In this document: positions 27,153 to 40,302 of the stretch, one piece after another
How the letters are laid out: each line of letters opens with the position of its first letter
Numbering within the stretch: position 1 is the stretch's first letter
Assembly (NCBI RefSeq): GCF_018350175.1
Contig: NC_058368.1
Span: 176,206,001-176,270,000 of the forward strand
Source of the DNA: Felis catus
Taxonomy: Eukaryota
Reading direction: 5' to 3'
Length of the DNA stretch: 64,000 nucleotides
Program-made: the position numbers and the translations under genes
Notes under the pieces: generated by a model
Database searches by the model: none
The model's input: only the letters and a program-made list of their open reading frames with translations
Told to the model about the DNA's origin: nothing

Positions 27153-27481
27153 TCTCAATTATCCACTCAAATAGACATTAGTCAATAAAACTGGCTAACC
27201 CAGCAATACAATTGTAAAATGGAAGTAGGAGATTATTGTGGTCACAAGTATACAAGCTCTCTAGGGTAGAGAGGAAATTTGGCATGGGGAGCCACAGATA
27301 CACTCACTAAAAGGAGAACATGAATGAATAAGAGTATGTAGCTTACTGAATGGATGAACAAAAAGGAGGCTGGCCTAAAACTTGGCAGAATACAGGGAAA
27401 GCAAATAACAAAACCGAAGAAAAAGAGAGTGGTTGGCAAAATAACAGGAGGTTAATTAAATTCTTAAAAGTTTAGGTTTAC

Positions 27482-27555
27482 CATATTCTGTGTTGAGGCC
27501 CCATAATTTCACTTTATTAGCTTCATACTGGGCTTTTTTCTTTAACCGACAAGCC
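27482..27555 (-). CDS. CREBRF: CREBRF exon 7, bZIP basic/zipper region (R)ACRLKKKAQYEANKVKLWGLNTEY
   Basis: TTCACAG| acceptor, |GTAAAC donor, 74 nt, phase 2-1. Confidence 0.95.
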
Positions 27556-27759
27556 CTGTGAAAGGAAGGAGCAATTAGTTCACTTATTTTTTAAGTGAAC
27601 ATTCAGAATATACTTCTTTTTGCTGCTGTCAAACTATTTTCTAATAGCAACCGAGAATCACTGCCTATTGATGTTTATATCAAGGAACTCAGTTTCCAAA
27701 AAACACACAATACAGTCATTAATCCAAACTGATTTTTAAAAAATTTTACCACACATCCA

Positions 27760-28440
27760 AAAATAAAGCTATGATCAGTACACTAAAATAAACAAACAAA
27801 AACTGACAATACCAAAAGAATGTAAAGTGAGTGGAACCATCATATGTTGCTAATTGGGATGTAAACACTACTAACTGCTACTTTGAAAAACAGTAAGTTT
27901 TTTAAAATTTACTTAATACTTCAGAAATAGATAGTTTGGCAATGTCTTATGAAGTTGAACATGTAGAGAGAAATGCAAACTTATGTTCACACAAACACCT
28001 GTAAGTGAATGTTTATGGTGGTTTTATTCATTACTGGCAAGAAGCAGAAACAACCCAAATGCCCCTTCAATTAGGGAATGGATAAACTACAGTGTATCCC
28101 CACAGAGGAATACTACTCAGCAACATGGATGAATCTCAAATTCCTCATGCTAAATCAAAGAAGCCAGATTCAAAAGGCTACATATAATTCCATCTATGTG
28201 ACATTCTAGAAAAGGCAAATCTGTGGGGACAGAAAACGGATTAGTGGTTGTGAGGAATTAGGGGTGGGAGAAGGAGTTTGCTTTACAACGAGGCATGAGG
28301 AAATTTTTTAAGGTGATGGAAAATATTCATTATCTTGATTGTGGTGGTGTTTATGTGATTGGGTATGTCTGTCAAACCCATAAAAAGTGTACATTAAAAG
28401 GGATATATTTTACCTCAAGTAAATTATATCCCAGTAAAAA
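27760..28440 (+). mobile_element. L1ME/L1MC-type 3' end
   Basis: AACATGGATGAATCTCAAA..AAGCCAGATTCAAAAGGCTACATA..TCTTGATTGTGGTGGTG. Confidence 0.75.
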
Positions 28441-28747
28441 ATTTGACTTACCACAAAACAAAAATTAAAATTATGACAAAACTTTTCCTTGCTGTAATAT
28501 AATGCACTTGAGAGTCCTTTCACCTCTCCCCTTTAAAAGCATAATACCATCTCTTGGTACTATGAAGCATAAATGAAATCTGAATACCATCTTTTATTTT
28601 CAAAGGAAAAATTATAATACTCTCATTGTAGTATTTATAAAAACATATATCTGAGTAAGAGGTTGATGGCCATCCATAAAAGCTCACTTAGAATCTAACC
28701 TCACCTCCTAGACTTTATTCACACAGGTGAACATGATTATCATTTAC

Positions 28748-28937
28748 CTGGAAGCCAGCTTATTTTTTTCCTTCCTTGACCTTGGCCGGGCTGTTAAGGG
28801 AAGCTCACTGACTGGAGTCAGATCACTAATCACCTTATTCAGTTTCCGTAGTTCATTGCCTATCTGGAGTAGTTTTTTAGGGTTTGGAGTCAGGTCTTCT
28901 ACATCGGTTCTCCGTGACTTTTTGACTGCATATTTTC
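28748..28937 (-). CDS. CREBRF: CREBRF exon 6 (G)[62 protein letters not shown]
   Basis: CTATAG| acceptor, |GTAAAT donor, 190 nt, phase 1-2. Contains the start of the bZIP basic region. Confidence 0.95.
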
Positions 28938-30008
28938 CTATAGATGGTATAAAGAGATTTAAGTTAGATCACTGTATTTAACAAAAGACACATTCTGCAG
29001 CCATATTTTAAATCCACATTTCTCCCTCCACCTTTTTTCTTTTTTAGAAGTCTTGGCATGTTTCAGAAGTCTCAGCATGTTAACAGCCTATGCTAAAGGG
29101 GCTAGCCTCCTCTCCTTCCCACCTCGTAACTGCAAGAAATGGGGGAAACATGGCACAGAGCCAGTCTTCGCCAAGTCCTTATGCACCTTAGAGTTTCTAG
29201 CCCTGGTATGTCAGAATCTTAATTATATGCATGGTGGTAATAAGCATCTCAAACCTCAGGACTTGAGGGCAAGTTCACCAAGCCCAAAAATCAGGGCTAG
29301 GGTAGAATATACACCCAGAAAAGACTCTGGAGACTTTACTCAAACCAAGATATTTTGATGCTATGACTGAAAAATTCTCAGACATGTATACCTTGTTGCT
29401 GGACTCAAAAGGCCAGCAAATAAAGACCGCTTTTTTTGAAAGCTCTTCCTTGGTTAGTTTGATAAATAACATTACAGAAGACTCAGGGGTCTTGCCCTAT
29501 CACTGCAGGCAAGAGTGATGGGGGGTGAACTACAATACACCAAATAACTTTTCCTAGTACTCGGCACATGCTACCTAGAGCTATTTAGTGGACCTGTCTT
29601 TTCATTTCTGGTAGAAAACCGATCTGAAGGCCATATTCACTGACAAACAGTAGAATACAGACTCAGTGCCAGTGGAAAGGGAAAATGAGGCACAGATACA
29701 CTTTTCATATAATTCCTGTTGTCAAAATTGCTTAGCAACATAAATCTGTAGCATGAGAGATTACTAAAACTGTTTATTGAGAGCCAAACTTACTAGTGCC
29801 CTCCCCATTTTCAGTACAGGTTTTAGATCATACAGAATAAAAGAAGAAATTCTACTTAACTACATCTTCCTTTGTTCACCATTGGAAATTTGGCTTGCCT
29901 ATGATTGTAAGTTTCTCCTAACTCCTACTATTCAACTCTCCTCTCTCCAGTGCTTTTCTCTACAATTATTCCCTTTCCTTTCTTTTCCCACCTTTCTTCC
30001 CACCTCCA

Positions 30009-30108
30009 TTTTTTTTTTAAAGTAGGCTCCACACCCAATGTGGGACTTAAACCCATGACTCTAATGTCAAGAGTTGCATGCTCTACCAATTGAGCCAGTG
30101 AGGCGCCC
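30009..30108 (-). mobile_element. Short CAN-SINE (no CT tract)
   Basis: AAGTAGGCTCCACACCCAA..TCAAGAGT..TGAGCCAG..GCGCCCC. Confidence 0.8.
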
Positions 30109-30501
30109 CTTCCTATTACCATTTTGATTCCAATCTCCCTGTTTACATTTCAGCCTGGAGATTGGGCAAGAACAGAAGATAGAGATGCTGGAGCCCAGCC
30201 CCTTTCTCCCCAACCCTTCTGGTTTATAGCAACTGTGGCAGGTCAGGAATCGGCAGTCTCCTGGTCATTTCCCGAGTAGGATAAATAGAACAGGAGATGA
30301 CTAGAAGTTGTTTCTGCACAGGCCTTCCTCTGTTTAGGTGACAGCTCTCACAACTGGTAAAGGCTACTTGTGAGTGTCTCTGCAGTAATAAGTAAATACA
30401 GCAGCTCTCCTGTTCCCCTCTCCACTTTGCTAGGAATGGCTGAATACGCAGGTACACTTAGTAAGCATTATGGTTTATGGTCTCTATGTAAAGTGACACG
30501 A

Positions 30502-30695
30502 GGCGCACGTGGGTGGCTCAGAAGCATCCAGCTCTTGATTTCAGCTCAGGTTATGATCTCCTGGTTGTGAGATCAAGCCCCGCATTGGGCTCCACACTGA
30601 GCATGGAGCCTGCTTATAAGTCTTTCTATCCCTCTCTCTCTGCCCCTCCTCTGAGCGCTCTTTCTCTCAAAATACGTAAGTAAAGACATTACAAA
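30502..30695 (+). mobile_element. CAN-SINE ~45 nt from the exon 5 donor
   Basis: TSD AAAGTGACAC (30490-30499, 30701-30710). Confidence 0.85.
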
Positions 30696-30738
30696 AAAAT
30701 AAAGTGACACAAAATGTTTGGCTGTAATTCCGTCTTAC

Positions 30739-30933
30739 CATGATGTAAGCCATTTTTCTGATACATATTACTTGGCAAGGTATCTCGGTTCCACTCAGAT
30801 GGCCTGAGCATCCTTTCTTGCTGTGATGGTGTGAGCTGTTCACTATACTCCCAGAAGTACCTTCTTTTACCTCTCTTCCGAGAGGATATTGAAGTCATCT
30901 CCTTCAAGTCTTCCACAGAATCATTTTCATAGC
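30739..30933 (-). CDS. CREBRF: CREBRF exon 5 (G)YENDSVEDLKEMTSISSRKRGKRRYFWEYSEQ...SEWNRDTLP...GLHH
   Basis: Matches ORF 30689..30916. T16-AAG| acceptor, |GTAAGA donor, 195 nt, phase 1-1. Confidence 0.95.
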
Positions 30934-31916
30934 CTTAAAAAAAAAAAAAAATCCCCCCCATCCCCAATTTTTTAAGTTCCATAACTTTCAATATAGCAAT
31001 AGGGGCAAATAAAAAGATCTGTCTCTTGATTCATTTCATCTGAAAACATCACTGGTGTGTCAAAGATAATAGACCATATAAAATAAGGTAATATGGAAAT
31101 CTCTAACTCATAAAATATTGAGATTAATAAACACAGATAACTATACTGTTCACTCGCCTTCTATTTCTCTTTGGTTCTTATAAGTTAGTACATGACATCT
31201 TTTGTATCTTCACATAGGCTCTGAGAGAATGATGAAATATAGCTACAGGAATGTCAAATGTACCATTAGATAATGGTACTAAGACATGACACTGTGATTT
31301 TTAATGTCTTTCTCCTAAAATTTATGCATCCAAAACATTCCCAGACAGACAGGTGTGTGCATTTCTATGATGGTCTCTTACTAGACACAATTTTGTAAGG
31401 CAGGAGTGGTTTTCTTCCTACCTCTGACCCTAACCGTTTTGTAAAAGTACAAAAATGAGAATTCTTGCATAGACTCTCAAATAAAAACATATATGCACAG
31501 TCTAATATTTTGCTGGAAGAAATCTGCATTTACTTCACTTTTTAAGAAGTTATTTTCCTTACTAATGGGGAGTTTCAGAACATACTTAACACTGAGCTGC
31601 TGGAACTGTTGGTCAGACCTCACGCAGAATGACCTACAAATCTAAAATACCTTCAGAGAATGTCCATCTCAGTGTATTCCACATCACTACTTCTAGATAT
31701 GCAGGGGAGTAGAGATGGGCCCACACAAGATATATACAACCCTAACGTGGCCAGGAAAACTTGGGCACTTCTGGCCAAGCAAAATGACCACTCTCCCTCC
31801 TCAAATCATCACTCCTCTGGAACTGACACTAGAAAGTGATGACATTTGCACATTTTGGAAAAAAGTTAGAATTTGAGAATTTTACCAGGTTTCCTTCAGA
31901 TTAAGAATTAATCAGA

Positions 31917-32081
31917 GGGGTGCATGGCTGGCTTAGTTGGTCAAGCATCCCACTCTTGATTTTGCTCCGGTCATGATCTCGCAGTTTTTACGTTTGAGCC
32001 CCACATTGGGGATTCGATCTTTCCCTCTCTCTCTGCCCCTGCCCCAATTGCTCTCTCTTGCTCTCAAAATAAATAAATAAA
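31917..32081 (+). mobile_element. CAN-SINE
   Basis: TSD ATTAATCAGA. Confidence 0.85.
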
Positions 32082-32854
32082 GGATTAATCAGAAATATGG
32101 TCCATTTATATGACATTTTAGAAAAGGCAAAACTAGAAAGTGGCTTCCAGGCGTTGGGGGTGGAGGGAGGGGCTGACTATAAGGAACACAAGGGAAATTT
32201 GGGTGGGGGGGTGATCAAACTCTTCTATATCCTGATGGTTACACAACCACCAGTACATACGCTTGTCAAAAATCAAAGTAGTATACACTTAAAGAAGGCT
32301 GAATTTTATGTATGACAATACATAAAATAAACACTGCAATAAACATGACCTTTTAAAAAAAGAATCAATTTGGAGACCAGAATAATTTCAGGGCAACAAT
32401 CAAGAGAAGCTTCTGCAGCACTGCTAGCATTAACAGCATGAGAGTTGCACACGTGGTAGTTTAAAACAATATGGCAAGGGATGTGACAGTGAACTTCAGG
32501 TTCCTCTTAAGACATGATCCAGAAGTTGAGTCACACAATCATTCCTAGAAGTCTGATTTTTAAAAACTGTGTTAGATACATAAAGCAATGGCTTTGGTCT
32601 ATTTATTTGTGCCACCGTTACACTTCAAATTAAAGGATTTTATCTTGTTCCAGTTATCAACCTAGTTTTGGAAAAGGCGCAAGGGCAATACTGTGCCACC
32701 AGAAATGGTGTTTTCACCAAGAAAAGCTTACTGGCTCTAACAAACTACCGGCCCACAGGTATCAACCTAGTATGGCTGGGAACACCTCAACACAGGCAGG
32801 TGGACCAACAAAAACACTCCCAACTTCCTACCAATGTCAAGAACCAGTGTTCCA

Positions 32855-33400
32855 CAAAAAAACGAAACAAACGAACAAACAAGCCAAAACAGAAACGGAC
32901 TCACAGATACAAGAAACAAACCGTATACAAGATACAAAGAGGGACGGGATGGTGGGTGAAATACATGAAGGGGATTATGATGTATATTTTTCCAGTTATA
33001 ATAAGTCATGGGATATAAAGTACAGCTTAGGGAATAATCAATAATACTGTCATAACTGTATGTGACAGATGGTAACTAGACTTATTGTGGGGATCATTTT
33101 ATAATGTGTATAAATGTTGAATCACTGTATTATACACCTGAAACTAACATTGTATATCAACCATACTTTCATTAAAAATAAATAAATAAGGGGCGCCTGG
33201 GTGGCGCAGTCGGTTAAGCGTCCGACTTCAGCCAGGTCACGATCTCGCGGTCCGGGAGTTCGAGCCCCGCGTCGGGCTCTGGGCTGATGGCTCAGAGCCT
33301 GGAGCCTGTTTCCGATTCTGTGTCTCCCTCTCTCTCTGCCCCTCCCCCGTTCATGCTCTGTCTCTCTCTGTCCCAAAAATAAATAAAAACGTTGAAAAAA

Positions 33401-33439
<39 letters not shown>

Positions 33440-33584
33440 AAGTAAAAAAAAAAAAACCCTTTGTATGGTGACAGACTTGACTTATGGAGATCTTTTTGTA
33501 ATATATAAAAATAACGAATCACTACGATGCACACTTGAAACTAACAGGATACTGGATGTCAATTATACTTTAATAAAAAAATGA
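32855..33584 (+). mobile_element. 5'-truncated carnivore L1 3' end with an internal young SINEC_Fc (33190-33455)
   Basis: L1 3' UTR motifs (ACACCTGAAACTAA) and a 16-nt TSD AAGAAC[C/T]AGTGTTCCA at 32839-32854 and 33585-33600. Confidence 0.85.
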
Positions 33585-34174
33585 AAGAACTAGTGTTCCA
33601 TATTGAAATCTACCCTAGCCCAAAGTAGAAAAGAAATTTTTTCCTATACAGCTTCCTCAGGCAACCCATCCCTCTGGCAATTTATCTGATATTCTCCCCT
33701 ACTTAGCAGTTCTCTTCAGGTGGCCTGGATTTCTGGCAAAACACTGTCTATCTCATTTAATGTACCTACACATTTCACTTACAGATATTTGAGACTTCTA
33801 AGAGCCTGGTAAAAAAAAAAAGACATTTTTAACCCTATTTACACAAAGAAACAGGCTCATGGAGGCTTTAAGTGACTTGACAGACCTGGAACTGGTGACC
33901 CAAGTCCCGTGACTCAAGGAGTCTAGCTCCTCTTGGTCTTCTCTCTTTTCCTATCTGTCTAGTTAAACGGTCTCAATGGATTTTTCTTCACATATATCCT
34001 GTGTCAAATTCAAAGAATGATGAAGATTTCAATTTCTTCGGTCCACTCAAATTAGTTACCAGTTTTATTTATTTATATACGGTCAGCCTTTTCCAAAAAA
34101 ACACTGAAGGGCCATCAATAACGTATTGACCTAACGTATTAACATTTTCTAGTAACATACACCACAAATTCACC

Positions 34175-34177
<3 letters not shown>

Positions 34178-34223
<46 letters not shown>
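34178..34223. repeat. (CA)n microsatellite
   Basis: Directly visible. Confidence 0.95.
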
Positions 34224-34228
<5 letters not shown>

Positions 34229-36159
34229 GTCATACATACACAATGGATTTCTTAAAGATGGCCACTTTGCAATACAGAGACCACCATGAGCAAGTCGAAT
34301 GCAGAAAAATTATATTCCCAGATCACAGGTCTAGCATTTAAGGTAATTAAATATTTCTCAAAGTATGTTCTCAGAAACACTATTACCATAAGATAGGCCT
34401 TCATCCCCAGGTGAGTTCTGTGGTCAAATAAGTTTAAAGAAACCCTCATCCTGCATCTCTCTCTTGCCGAGTCACACTACACACAAGCGGATTAAAAGAC
34501 TGAGAAATCGTAACAGTAAACAAACCCACTCAACTCTAAATTCCATGAAGATAAGAATCATGTCTCCCTTGTTCATCTCTAGATAGCCAATACCTAATAC
34601 ACACGGTGCCTGACACAAAAGTAGGCATTCAGAAATATTTTTCTTTTAACAAATCAAGTATTTGTTTAACGCAACACTTCCATGAAGCCTTTTTCCCTTT
34701 TCTTTTCATTTGCTGGATCACCATACTGATCTGACTCACTCCCTCCTGACATGATTATCAGATGGAAATCAAAAAGGCCACGTTTATTCTGTAAAATTCT
34801 AATCACACATCGTTGGTTAGTGCAGACTACCAGTAAAGTCAATCGTGAAAATGTTTAGGAGGGATTACAAAATAAACTTTCTTTCTGGGGGCCCAATTCT
34901 TATTATTACAACCATGTAATCCCAATGACCCCGAACAGTCACAGCCTGTCCACAGAATAGGCTCTATTAAAACTTGGGAGCAAGGCCAAAGTAGGGACTG
35001 GAACTCCATTTTACACCTTTCCTGGAGCTTTGTAGGCTCAGGCACTGTTGTAGCCAACTGCCAAGAAACAGCATCAAGGGAGCTAGTCATCACAAAAGGG
35101 CCTTTGTAACTGTCTGCTGCAAATTAAACCAATCGACCCACTCTAAAACTAGCACTCTGAAGAAACTACAACTATCCCCACTTTTCTGCTTCAAAGAATG
35201 TCTTCCTGCTTCTTACCAGTAACTCACTTTTGCATTCCTGAAGTCACTTGTTTAGCTCTTTCTTCCAAGAAAAAGGGAAATTTTCACTAGCAAATGTGAA
35301 TAAAGCCCAAATAGTACCACAAAATTGTGTTGGTTATGTGGTTAAATCATGTCATTCATTACCATTTGTGAGAACTGTCCAAGTAATACTAACCAAAGAG
35401 GCTTTACTTCAAGTCAACTGGAAATGAGTGAATTAAATGCCATCCAAACATTTAGCATTGTTAAACAGAGCCAAGAGGAGAGTTTTACCCTGCTGAGTGC
35501 CAGCCAAAGCATTTCTGTTTCAAAGTAGTGTTGGTTAACACCAGCAAGCTCACAAATCAGGATAATTCTACAGGAGACAGGGCAAGAGAATGTGGCATGA
35601 GGGCAACACCAACTATAACACTGGTCCCCCCCCCCCCCCCCCCCCCATGAGAGTCAAATGGCTGAGAAAATGGAAACGAGGGTCAACTCATCAAGTGATC
35701 TCTCTTCGCGGACCTACTCATCTCTCAACACATTTTTCCAGGTAAAACCACATTAAAAGATAAAGGGTGAATTTAAAGTGGACTTGAAAGCCAAAGAAAA
35801 GCAAAACTACAACCAGAAGTGAGACAGACAGTACAGTCCTTGGTGATGGTGGGATTGACTGACTCCCTCTGATTTACGTTTTCCTTTAAGTACCCACTGG
35901 CAAAGGCATCTCTTTCCCCACGCTTTCCATTTCCCTTAGTTATTACTCATCTCTTTATCTCACTCTTCCCCTACCCTCCTACCCTGATCCTACGTATGGA
36001 ACTCAAAGCAATAGGCCTGATCTATAGACCTTGATGACCACTCATAAACAGCACTCTGGTCTTCCCATGGGAGGGAGCTACATAACTTACCACTAGCTAC
36101 AAAGACAACTTTCCCTGAAACATCTCAGAGCAGATTTTTTTAAAAAAAAGATTTAAAAA

Positions 36160-36259
36160 AAATTTTTTTAAGTAATCTCTACACCCAACCTGGGGCTCAA
36201 ACTCACAACCCCGAGATCAAGAGTCACAGGCTCTACCAACTGGGCCAGCTAGGTGACCC
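36160..36259 (-). mobile_element. Short CAN-SINE
   Basis: TSD-like CAGAGCAGATTT / CAAAGCAGATTT. Confidence 0.8.
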
Positions 36260-37415
36260 TCAAAGCAGATTTCATTAATTTGTTGACAGGAAAGTTTTCC
36301 AGCTAAGCAGAAAAACAAGTGTTCTATCTAGACGACACAGAGTTCTAAAGCAAACCAAAAAAAGGCACGAGCCCTTTTCCTCCACGTTAAATTTAAAGGA
36401 CCCTTTCCTTACTTGAAACTCCACCCAAGTCAAACAACTGGGTTGTATCAAACACACACATCTAAGCATTTGTTACGATAGAAAGATTTCATTAAAGGAA
36501 AGTCTTTCGGCAATAATAGTGCTTCAAGGGCTACCATACAGCTACCGTGGCTTAAAAAGCCTTTTTGAAAATTAAATATTAATGTTTATACTGCTAGAAA
36601 TTCCAGCAATCATAACAAAAGGGCTCTCTCTGACAACTGATAAAGTTGAAAAACTAACTTCGTTTTTTTATGTACAAGTTATAGTATCAACATTATTTTT
36701 GAAGAAAATAACTTTTGCTTAAATTTGAAGATCTTCACTTCTTTGTGCAGTTTAAACTGTGTGCCACTTGGCAATACCATTTTCATAAATACTATACAAG
36801 CCAACAGTGGCAACAGCCCGAGCACGTAAATGCTGAATGAAGGGAACCAGTTCCCACAGGTTTCTTTTCTTTCTCCCGTTTATTTACCTGTGCTGTACAT
36901 CAATAAAGCAGAGTAGCCTGCATACGCATTAAATTACAGCATGTATTTTTCTTAAATGGAAAAACACTGTGAATGAAAGATGGGGCAGACACAAAGAAAA
37001 AGCTCGTTTTTACATTATTGACTAAGGAGGCCTTGCTGGTTACAAGCATAAGTAATACCAACCATCGTCACTTGGTTTACCATTGTGGGCCCTCCTAACT
37101 TGCCTCGACTGTAACAGAAGTCCATGTGTATAAATAGGAATATTTTTAAGTCAATCTATTCTTGGTATCTTTGCACAGCTGCTGCAGAGAGTAACAAAGT
37201 AGGTCCCTTAACATAAGATAAATTAAGAAGAAGCTCCTGAAGAATAGCCTGTAAGAGCAGCAGTGATTATTTCAGAACTGCTTGAATAGAAAAAAGCAAT
37301 TCCATATCTGATCCAAGATAGTAAGTCATTTGATCCCCAAACTAAGACAAAGAAAATACCCGTATCTCAAGATAGCAGAAAGGTCATTCTGGTAAGCCTC
37401 CAAGCATTACCATAC

Positions 37416-38502
37416 CTGGCTCAGAGAAAGTGTCACTAATATCATCATCTTTGTCATCTTCATAATCCTCTTCCTCCTCTTCCTCCTCCTCATTTTCAGA
37501 AAGTTCATGCTCACTCCCAAATCCTTCATCATGGTCCTCATCGTCAGCATCTTCCTCGTCTTCTTCATCTTCTTCAGGACTGCATTTGGTTGGCTGTTCA
37601 CCCAAGTTGTCGGAGACAAAAAGGGAATAATTGTGCTCTTCTTTTTTCTGGGATGAATCTGAGACCAATGTGCTGGCAGAAAGGCTGCTACTCTCTCCTG
37701 CTACAATTGACCCAGGACCCTCCTGGGACAGGGGACTGAGTAATAGTTCCTGGGTTTCTTTAAAAGGCAAAGCTGGAGTGGCATGACCCTGAAGAGGCTC
37801 CAGCCCTTTTTTCTCTGGTCTTTTTGCTACTGCACCACAGTAGCAGGTGTTCTCCTTTGCTGCATCTGCGTGAATCTGGCTCAACAAGGGCCGGCTCTGC
37901 TGCACTGGGTTGATCTTTACCTTTGCCTTTTTTACATAGTCTTTACATTCAACATGAAAGTTCACCTTTTCATTATGATACATGTTGGTCTTCACCATGA
38001 TCTGTGTGCTTGAAGTGGGTTTACTTGCTTTTTGGACACAGTCTGACAAAGGGACCTCAGCCTGAAGAGTCTTAGAAGAACACACAGGGGCAGCTGCTCT
38101 GCTTGAGATCTTTTTACTAGGGAATGAAGAGGGCAAAGGAGCTTGTTTGACACTGAAAAGTGAATCAGGGTAATAAAGGGAATCGGAAACAGACTGAGAG
38201 TCCTCACTATTAAGCTGGGCCAAAGTTGGAGTTTTACTTATGACCTCTTCATCTTGGTAAGGACTAGAAAAGTCATCAAGACCCAAGTAATCCACTTCTT
38301 TTGTTCCCCAGATGTCACAGCTGGTTAGTTTGGTATACTTTGTTAAGTCTTCACAGTATGTATCCCACTGTTCCCAGTTTGAGGTTAAAGCACCCTCATT
38401 ATCCAGGACATCTGTGAAAGACTCCAGATTTTCAATGTCTTTGCAGTCCTCCAAAGAAAGGAAGTTGTCTCTAGGATTCTGTTGATAGTTCATCTCTCTA
38501 TC
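37416..38502 (-). CDS. CREBRF: CREBRF exon 4 (large exon with acidic tract)
   Basis: Matches ORF 37384..38493 (MNYQQNPRDNF...EEDEEDEED...DTFSEP). TTTCTCAG| acceptor, |GTATGG donor, 1087 nt, phase 0-1. Confidence 0.97.
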
Positions 38503-39854
38503 CTGAGAAAAGTTAAAAAAAAAAAAAAATCACACACCACATTTTAGGAAAGAAACATTCACCTCCATCCTCACATCCATATATCAAATTGATAAATCAG
38601 TACTTGACCTCTGGTCTGTTCTATTTTAAGATAAAGGCTATTTATAGGTCACTTTACCATTCCATACAATATCATTTCCCGGCGCAAGGGAAAATATGCC
38701 CCTTGGGAGGCTTAGGTATGGTCTAAATATCAAGGGCTCTTGAACTTTACTATAAACACTCTTCCTGAAAAAGCTTTACATTTCCTGATCTTTGACTTAG
38801 GATTTGAGGAACTCCTTAGAAACGAGCTTCAATTACAAAGCAAATAATGAAGACCTTACCTTCATCACAGAAGGATCTGTCTTCTTAAATGAGAACTTAA
38901 TATTGATATAAAGAGCAAACCAAAGAAGAGTTGAAACTCAGCCACAGAAGGGTATGATTTTCAGTAAGACCTTGTTAACAACATCTGGGCGTGGGGACTA
39001 TATTACTTCTCACAAGTATGATACTCCTCATGAACAGACATAGGGTTTTTAAAATAGGTCAGTGAGACTATGCAGTCATTAAAAAGAATGCAGTTAAGGT
39101 CTAATGTACTAACACAAAAGGCTGCTCACCATGAGTCTTTATGTTAAAAGGATTAAGTTACAGAATACCGTATCTACGAATATGTCACCCAACTTAAAAT
39201 ACTCATATATTTATATATAAGCAGAAAAACTCTGTTAGGAGTACCTATCTTTGGGGAGGAAAGTTTGGAGGGTGGAGGTTCAGGAAGGAAACAAGGAAAA
39301 TTTTCACTTTTTCGGCGTGCTTTTGTTCTGTTTTGATTTTTCCATTTGTTTGGGGCTTTTCTTGTTTTGTTTTTGCTTTTGTATGTGTCTCTCTGCGTGT
39401 TTTTATGGCTTTAATGAAATACAGCTTACAGACCACAAAATTCACCTATATCAAGTGTACAATTCAATGATTTGTAGTAAATTAGCCGGTTTGTGTACTT
39501 AGTTTTAGTTTTTCAGTTTTTATATACTTCCATGTCGCTTAAATGGTATGTAATTAAAATTAAAAAAAATTTTTTTTAGTACTCTTAGGTGTCTATTTAC
39601 CTCGAGAATAAGTAATAAGTATACTGTTTGGAATTGCTATTTTTACCTCACATTCTTTGCATCAGATGCTTTGCTCAACGTTATCATTCCTAAATATCCC
39701 AGCTGAAGAGCCCGTTAGCGGTTAGGCATATCAAAAAAGCTTCCCATCCTCATCAACAAAAGCTGGACTTATCTAAAGGTAAACTCTCCTCTATTTTCTT
39801 TTATGTGTGTGCATGTGTGTATGTATAGAATTATTTTTTTATAATTATAATGCA

Positions 39855-40000
39855 TATTTTAAAATTCTAGTATAATTAACATACAGTGTTATTTTAGTTT
39901 TAGGTATACAATACAGTGATCCAACAATTCAATACACTACCCGGTGCTCCTCATGGTAATCCCCTTCACCTATTTTACCCATCCCCTCACCCACCTGCCT
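39855..40000 (-). mobile_element. Carnivore L1 3' end fragment
   Basis: ATAATTAACATACAGTGTT..TTAGTTTTAGGTATACAATACAGTGAT, the reverse of an L1 tail. Confidence 0.7.
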
Positions 40001-40176
40001 TCCTTTTACTCTTTTCAATTTTAGCCGTCTAAAATTACTAGACTGACAGTCACGAGAATCAAACTTGACATCCTTTCTCTTTTCAGGCATTTATAAATGA
40101 AAAAAAAAAAAAAAAAGATACCACAACATTTTTACCCCAAATCAATTAAAGCAGAATCCAAGAAAGTGTCACTTAC

Positions 40177-40302
40177 CAGTTCATACATGAAATCTGGATC
40201 TGAACTGTTTGCTAAGAGATCTGTGCTCATCAGAGTCTGTTCTGAAAAGGTGTGGCTTCGAAAGGCATCCCCAAAAGGCGGATCCATTCCGCTTACACTA
40301 GG
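40177..40302 (-). CDS. CREBRF: CREBRF exon 3 PSVSGMDPPFGDAFRSHTFSEQTLMSTDLLANSSDPDFMYEL
   Basis: TGTTGTAG| acceptor, |GTAAGT donor, 126 nt, phase 0-0. Confidence 0.95.

Noticed and set aside
37407..38207. Alternative-frame and antisense ORFs within exon 4
   Set aside because: Shadows of the CREBRF coding sequence and its acidic triplet repeats, with no independent support.
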